Positions 59,381 to 64,000 of a DNA stretch of 64,000 bases are shown piece by piece. Location of the stretch: the NCBI GenBank assembly GCA_963805085.1, contig CAWDTA010000002.1:992001-1056000 (forward strand), given 5' to 3'. How positions within the stretch are numbered: the stretch's first letter is position 1; each line of letters starts with the position of its first letter. The position numbers were made by a program, and so were the translations under genes. The notes under the pieces are model-generated. The model had not been told where the DNA came from, ran no database searches, and worked only from the letters and a program-made list of their open reading frames with translations. This DNA comes from an uncultured Veillonellaceae bacterium. Its GTDB lineage: Bacteria; Bacillota; Negativicutes; JARBTT01.

Positions 59381-61174
59381 ATGGAAAAGGCAGTTATTGA
59401 TTCAGTGGATAAAATTTTTACTTTAGTGGAACTTCTTCAATATAGGGCTCTTAAAAACTCTGAAAAAAGAATCTATACTTTTTTAGCAAACGGTGAAACA
59501 GAAGCTAGCTATTTAACGTATAAAGAATTGGACCTGCGGGCCAGAGCGGTTGGGGCTTATTTACAAAGTCTTAATTTGCAAGGGGAGCGTGCGTTACTGC
59601 TTTATCCTGCTGGATTAGATTATATCGTTGCTTTTATGGGGTGTCTGTATGCTGGAGTTATTGCAGTACCTGCTTATCCGCCACGGCTTAATCGAAATTT
59701 ATTAAGACTCCAGAATATTGTACAGGATTCAAAAGCGCAGGCAGTATTAACTACTTCAGCGATTATAGCAAAGTTTGAGCCTATGATTGTGCAGACACAA
59801 GGGTTATCTGAAGCGCAGTGGCTAACAACAGACAACCTTAATACGACAATTGCAAGCTTATGGCAGGAGCCGTCAATAACAGAAAATACGTTGGCGTTTC
59901 TCCAATATACCTCTGGTTCAGTAGGAGCACCAAAGGGAGTTATGGTAAGCCATGGGAATGTTCTTAATAATGAAAAGATGATTAAAACAGCTTTTGAACT
60001 TCATGCGAACAGTGTTATTGTAGGTTGGCTGCCTATTTATCATGACATGGGGCTAATGGCCAACGTACTTCAACCTCTTTATTCCGGTAGCTCTTATGTT
60101 TTTATGTCACCAGTTGATTTTTTACAAAAACCATATCGTTGGCTAAAGGCGATTTCTGATTATAAGGGGACTTTCTGCGGAGCACCAAATTTTGCTTATG
60201 ATTTATGCATTCATAAAATTACTGATGAGCAAAAGAAAACGCTGGATTTAAGTTCCTGGAAAGTAGCTTTCAATGGAGCTGAACCTGTTCGTTATGAAAC
60301 TCTTGAACAATTTGTGACTGCTTTTGAACCAGTCGGATTTAGGCGGGAAGCTGTTTGTCCATGTTACGGTATGGCCGAAACTACGCTAATGATTTCTGGA
60401 GGAGCGGTAAGCGAACCTTTTGTATACAAGATGTTCAGCGCGCAGGATCTGGAAAAAAATATTGTCTCTATTGGCAATAATCAGGAGAAGGATCATGTTC
60501 TAGTTGGCTGCGGGCATGCTTGGTTGGATCATAAGTTTACGATCACTGATCCTGAGACATTAGTTCGGTGCGCGCCTGATAAAGTAGGAGAAATATGGAT
60601 TTCTGGTTCTAGTGTTACGCAGGGCTATTGGGAAAAAACTGATATTACAAAAAATGTTTTCCAAGCATATCTAGCTGATAGTGGTGAGGGCCCTTTTTTT
60701 AGAACTGGGGATCTTGGCTTTATTCATGATGGTGAGCTTTTTGTTACAGGACGTCTTAAAGACCTCATAATCGTACGTGGAACAAATCATTACCCACAAG
60801 ATATAGAACTAACAGTTGAACAATGTCATGAAGCAATCCGTCCTGGATGCTGCGCAGCTTTTTCTATAGACGTTGACGGTGAGGAATGTTTGGGTATCGT
60901 TGCTGAGATCGAACGGCGGTATCGACCTCGCGTGTATAAGAATCAGGACGATACTAATAGACAAGAAATCGGTCAAAACAAAATCATAGAAGAAATTTAT
61001 ATGGCGATTAAGAAGAGTGTATTTAATAGTCACGAGCTTCAAATTCATGAAATATTGCTACTCAAACCAGGCAGTATTCCGAAAACTTCAAGCGGAAAAA
61101 TTCAACGGTATGCCTGTCGTAAGGGATTATTGGACGGAACGCTGGGGGCTGAAAGGGGAATTGTTAATGGATAA
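59381..61174 (+). CDS. Fatty acyl-AMP ligase (FAAL)
   Basis: LQYTSGSVGAPKG, WLPIYHDMGL, CYGMAETTL, RTGDLG, GTNHYPQDIE, IPKTSSGKIQR. Confidence 0.92.
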   Translation: MEKAVIDSVDKIFTLVELLQYRALKNSEKRIYTFLANGETEASYLTYKELDLRARAVGAYLQSLNLQGERALLLYPAGLDYIVAFMGCLYAGVIAVPAYPPRLNRNLLRLQNIVQDSKAQAVLTTSAIIAKFEPMIVQTQGLSEAQWLTTDNLNTTIASLWQEPSITENTLAFLQYTSGSVGAPKGVMVSHGNVLNNEKMIKTAFELHANSVIVGWLPIYHDMGLMANVLQPLYSGSSYVFMSPVDFLQKPYRWLKAISDYKGTFCGAPNFAYDLCIHKITDEQKKTLDLSSWKVAFNGAEPVRYETLEQFVTAFEPVGFRREAVCPCYGMAETTLMISGGAVSEPFVYKMFSAQDLEKNIVSIGNNQEKDHVLVGCGHAWLDHKFTITDPETLVRCAPDKVGEIWISGSSVTQGYWEKTDITKNVFQAYLADSGEGPFFRTGDLGFIHDGELFVTGRLKDLIIVRGTNHYPQDIELTVEQCHEAIRPGCCAAFSIDVDGEECLGIVAEIERRYRPRVYKNQDDTNRQEIGQNKIIEEIYMAIKKSVFNSHELQIHEILLLKPGSIPKTSSGKIQRYACRKGLLDGTLGAERGIVNG

Positions 61175-61205
61175 GGAACGGCGTTGGAGAACAGGAGAAA
61201 CAAAT

Positions 61206-64000
61206 ATGAAAACAGCAAGTACTGGACTTACAAGAACAAGTCAAGAAATTCAAAGCTGGCTGGTCTCTCAAATGGCGGAAAGATTAAAAATAGCAGAGGA
61301 CAAAATAGACATTCGTGAACCTTTATCTATTTACGGGTTAGATTCAGCTGAAGCAGTAATTATTACAGGGGAGATGGGGGAGTGGTTAGGCCAAGATGTA
61401 TCGCCAACCTTAGTATGGGATTACCCTACCATTGATAGTATTACGCGATTTCTGACTAGTGTGCCTAACGATTCTGCTGCCAAGGCTATAGATAAGCAAG
61501 ATGCTATAGCAGAACCAATTGCAATCATCGGGATTGGTTGTCGTTTTCCTGGTGCTAATGGACCGAAAGCATTCTGGAATTTGCTCAAAGATGGTGTAGA
61601 TGCAATAAGTGAGCGCCCAGCAGATTATCGGAGAAATCAAGGATATTCGGAGCAAATTTGCAGCACAGACGCGAAAATGAGTTGGGGAGGATATCTTGAT
61701 AGCGTTGATGAATTTGATGCTGAATTTTTCGGTATTTCACCACGGGAAGCTGCCAGTATGGATCCACAACAACGATTATTATTGGAAGTAGCTTGGGAAG
61801 CATTAGAAGACGCTGGACAGGTACCTGAACGATTAAGTGGAGAATCCGTAGGGGTATTCGTTGGTATCTCTAGTTGTGATTATGGAACGATGTTAAGAAA
61901 TTTCTCGGAGATGGACATTTATGCTGCAACTGGAAATGCATGGAGTATTGCTGCTAACCGTATTTCCTATTTACTCAATCTCCAAGGACCAAGTTTATCG
62001 GTTGATACGGCATGTTCATCTTCGCTGGTATCGGTACATTTGGCTTGTAAAAGTTTACAAAATGGTGAATCAACGATTGCTTTAGCCGGCGGGGTCAATC
62101 TTTTGTTATCACCGGAAGTAACAGGCGCTTTTGCAAAAGCAGGTATGTTAGCACCCGATGGTCATTGCAAAACCTTTGCTGCAGAAGCCAACGGCTATGT
62201 CCGTGGTGAAGGTGCGGGGATTGTAGTATTAAAATCATTATCTAAGGCTCTTCAAGATGGCGATCCAATCTATGCATTGATTCCAGGGAGTGCTGTTAAT
62301 CAGGATGGGCGCAGTAACGGGCTGACAGCGCCTAATGGTCCGGCTCAAGAAGAGGTGCTATTGGAAGCATATAAACGGGCGGGCATTTCTCCTAGTAAAA
62401 TTCAATATATTGAAGCCCATGGGACAGGAACTTCTTTGGGAGATCCCATTGAGGCTAAAGCCTTAGGAAAAGTACTTGCGACAGAACGCTCGCCCGAAAA
62501 TCCTTGCTTAATTGGTTCAGTAAAAACCAATATCGGACATTTGGAAGCGGCGGCGGGGATTGCAGGGATAATTAAGGTTGCTTTGGCGATGAAACATCGG
62601 CAAATTCCAGCAGGCCTTCACTTCGATAAACCAAATCCTTATATTCCCTTTGAAGAATTACCTTTACGTGTACAAACAGAACTGGGTCCATGGCCAGATA
62701 TGTCTTCTTCTCTTCTAGCCGGGGTGAGTTCATTTGGTTTTGGAGGAACGAATGCCCATGTGGTTCTGGAGAGTTTTCAAGCTGCCTCTTTAAAGAAACA
62801 TAGTATGACAGATTATTTACCAAAGGTGGAGCAGTTGCTTACTATTTCAGCGTCTAGTCAGGAAGCTTTATGTGATTTGACAAGGGCTTATCTGGAGTAT
62901 TTAGGTGGAGAAGGCAAAAGTTTTTCTTGGAACGATATATGTTATACAACTGGAGCACGCCGTGGGCATCATGATCATCGCCTAGCTTTGGTTGCCAGCT
63001 CAAGGGAAGAAGCGGTAGATAATCTTGATAAATATCTTAAAGGAGAACTTCCATCGAATCTTCAATTTGGACCAAAACCATCTGGAGCTTCATCTAAGCT
63101 TGTTTTTGTTTTCTCTGGACAGGGACCTCAATGGTGGGCAATGGGACGGGAACTCTTTCAAAAGGAACCAGTGTTTCGGGAGACAATAGAAGAATGTGAT
63201 GTATTATTCAGTCAGCATGCGGATTGGTCATTGGTTACTGAATTAACAGCAATAGAATCAAAGAGTCGCTTGGATCAAACGCAATTTGTCCAACCGGCTC
63301 TATTTGCTGTACAGGTAGCTTTAGCTAGGTTGTGGATGTTATGGGGAATTCAGCCAGAAGGCGTTGTTGGTCATAGTATGGGTGAGGTTGCCGCAGCATA
63401 TATTGCGGGCGCTTTAAGTCTTTCTGATGCTGTACGGGTTATTTTTCATCGCAGCAGACTTATGCAGAGAACGACTGGTCAGGGGAAAACCGTGGCAGTC
63501 GAACTTGACGGGCAAGAAGCAAAATCGTTAATTGCTAGATATGAAAATAAAGTTTCTATTGCATGCTATAACGGTCCAACTTCATTGGTTTTATCCGGAG
63601 AACCTGACAGTGTTGAAGAAATCATAGCGACCTTAGAACAAAAGAATGTATTTTGTAAGGCGTTACCTGTAAGTTATGCCTTTCACAGTTATCAGATGGA
63701 ACCGTTGATGAGCGAATTGGCGGAATCTCTGCAAGGTATGCAGTCAAAATCTGCAACGATTCCTATTTATTCAACAGTTACAGGAGCGTTAATTGATGGG
63801 CAAGACCTTAATGCCGATTATTGGGTGAAAAATCTCAGAGAATCGGTACTGTTTTCCACTGCTGTAGAGCGTCTAGTAGAAGATGAATACAATGTATTTT
63901 TGGAAATTAGTCCGCATCCAGTCCTTTCAAGCGCTATTCGAAAAAATGTAAGTAAGCAGGATAAAGAGAACATTGTATTACCTACTTTGCGCAAACATAA
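61206..64000 (+). CDS. Type I polyketide synthase (ACP-KS-AT...), 3'-truncated by the window edge
   Basis: Missing from the ORF track because it has no stop in the window. My translation gives ACP YGLDSAEAV; KS EPIAIIGIGCRFPG, DTACSSS, HGTGT and NIGHLE; AT FSGQG, GHSMG and YAFH. An alternative in-frame ATG lies at 61167. Confidence 0.95.
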   Translation, partial: MKTASTGLTRTSQEIQSWLVSQMAERLKIAEDKIDIREPLSIYGLDSAEAVIITGEMGEWLGQDVSPTLVWDYPTIDSITRFLTSVPNDSAAKAIDKQDAIAEPIAIIGIGCRFPGANGPKAFWNLLKDGVDAISERPADYRRNQGYSEQICSTDAKMSWGGYLDSVDEFDAEFFGISPREAASMDPQQRLLLEVAWEALEDAGQVPERLSGESVGVFVGISSCDYGTMLRNFSEMDIYAATGNAWSIAANRISYLLNLQGPSLSVDTACSSSLVSVHLACKSLQNGESTIALAGGVNLLLSPEVTGAFAKAGMLAPDGHCKTFAAEANGYVRGEGAGIVVLKSLSKALQDGDPIYALIPGSAVNQDGRSNGLTAPNGPAQEEVLLEAYKRAGISPSKIQYIEAHGTGTSLGDPIEAKALGKVLATERSPENPCLIGSVKTNIGHLEAAAGIAGIIKVALAMKHRQIPAGLHFDKPNPYIPFEELPLRVQTELGPWPDMSSSLLAGVSSFGFGGTNAHVVLESFQAASLKKHSMTDYLPKVEQLLTISASSQEALCDLTRAYLEYLGGEGKSFSWNDICYTTGARRGHHDHRLALVASSREEAVDNLDKYLKGELPSNLQFGPKPSGASSKLVFVFSGQGPQWWAMGRELFQKEPVFRETIEECDVLFSQHADWSLVTELTAIESKSRLDQTQFVQPALFAVQVALARLWMLWGIQPEGVVGHSMGEVAAAYIAGALSLSDAVRVIFHRSRLMQRTTGQGKTVAVELDGQEAKSLIARYENKVSIACYNGPTSLVLSGEPDSVEEIIATLEQKNVFCKALPVSYAFHSYQMEPLMSELAESLQGMQSKSATIPIYSTVTGALIDGQDLNADYWVKNLRESVLFSTAVERLVEDEYNVFLEISPHPVLSSAIRKNVSKQDKENIVLPTLRKH

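Noticed and set aside
2844-62823. Numerous antisense or out-of-frame ORFs overlapping real genes (e.g. 3411-4019, 17758-18396, 31369-31710, 44869-45201)
   Set aside because: They are shadow ORFs of well-supported genes, with no RBS or recognisable motifs.
59381-64000. Assigning the PKS as an olefin synthase or a named lipopeptide pathway
   Set aside because: The diagnostic downstream domains (KR, sulfotransferase, TE, NRPS modules) lie outside the window.

Overview
AT-rich chromosomal segment, most likely from a diderm, spore-forming anaerobic Firmicute (Negativicutes-like). This inference rests on an outer-membrane beta-barrel, an RND pump, Spo0A-box and sigmaH-like motifs and a sigma54 promoter. 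The left ~50 kb is mostly metabolic and housekeeping: a DapA-family gene, the mtlARFD mannitol PTS operon, a cystine-type symporter, DedA, a nonsense-interrupted MBL hydrolase, an orphan RecD/Dda-like helicase, a HutP-family gene, a LysR-DcuC-M20 amidohydrolase module, MarR-RND efflux, four tandem dCache chemoreceptors, VanW/PRC/TPR genes, an HPr-domain sigma54 activator in front of ptsHI, a four-subunit 2-oxoacid:ferredoxin oxidoreductase, ung and a double HD-GYP protein. The most notable part is the right end (52.3-64 kb). A c-di-GMP-I riboswitch with a terminator precedes an agr-type peptide quorum-sensing cassette (agrC-agrB-agrD-agrA, predicted ring CMVGA). This is followed by a LoaP/NusG-paralogue antiterminator, a type II thioesterase, an embedded chemoreceptor, a fatty acyl-AMP ligase and a type I PKS (ACP-KS-AT) that runs off the window. 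Shared LytTR-type direct repeats upstream of agrD and loaP, and twin internal terminators, suggest a c-di-GMP -> quorum sensing -> antitermination cascade controlling a lipo-polyketide. Several unannotated non-coding signals were also seen: a candidate Spo0A-controlled sRNA, gene remnants, a gene-conversion tract and phased A-tracts. No rRNA, tRNA, CRISPR array or intact mobile element was seen. All calls are by eye; no database searches were run.
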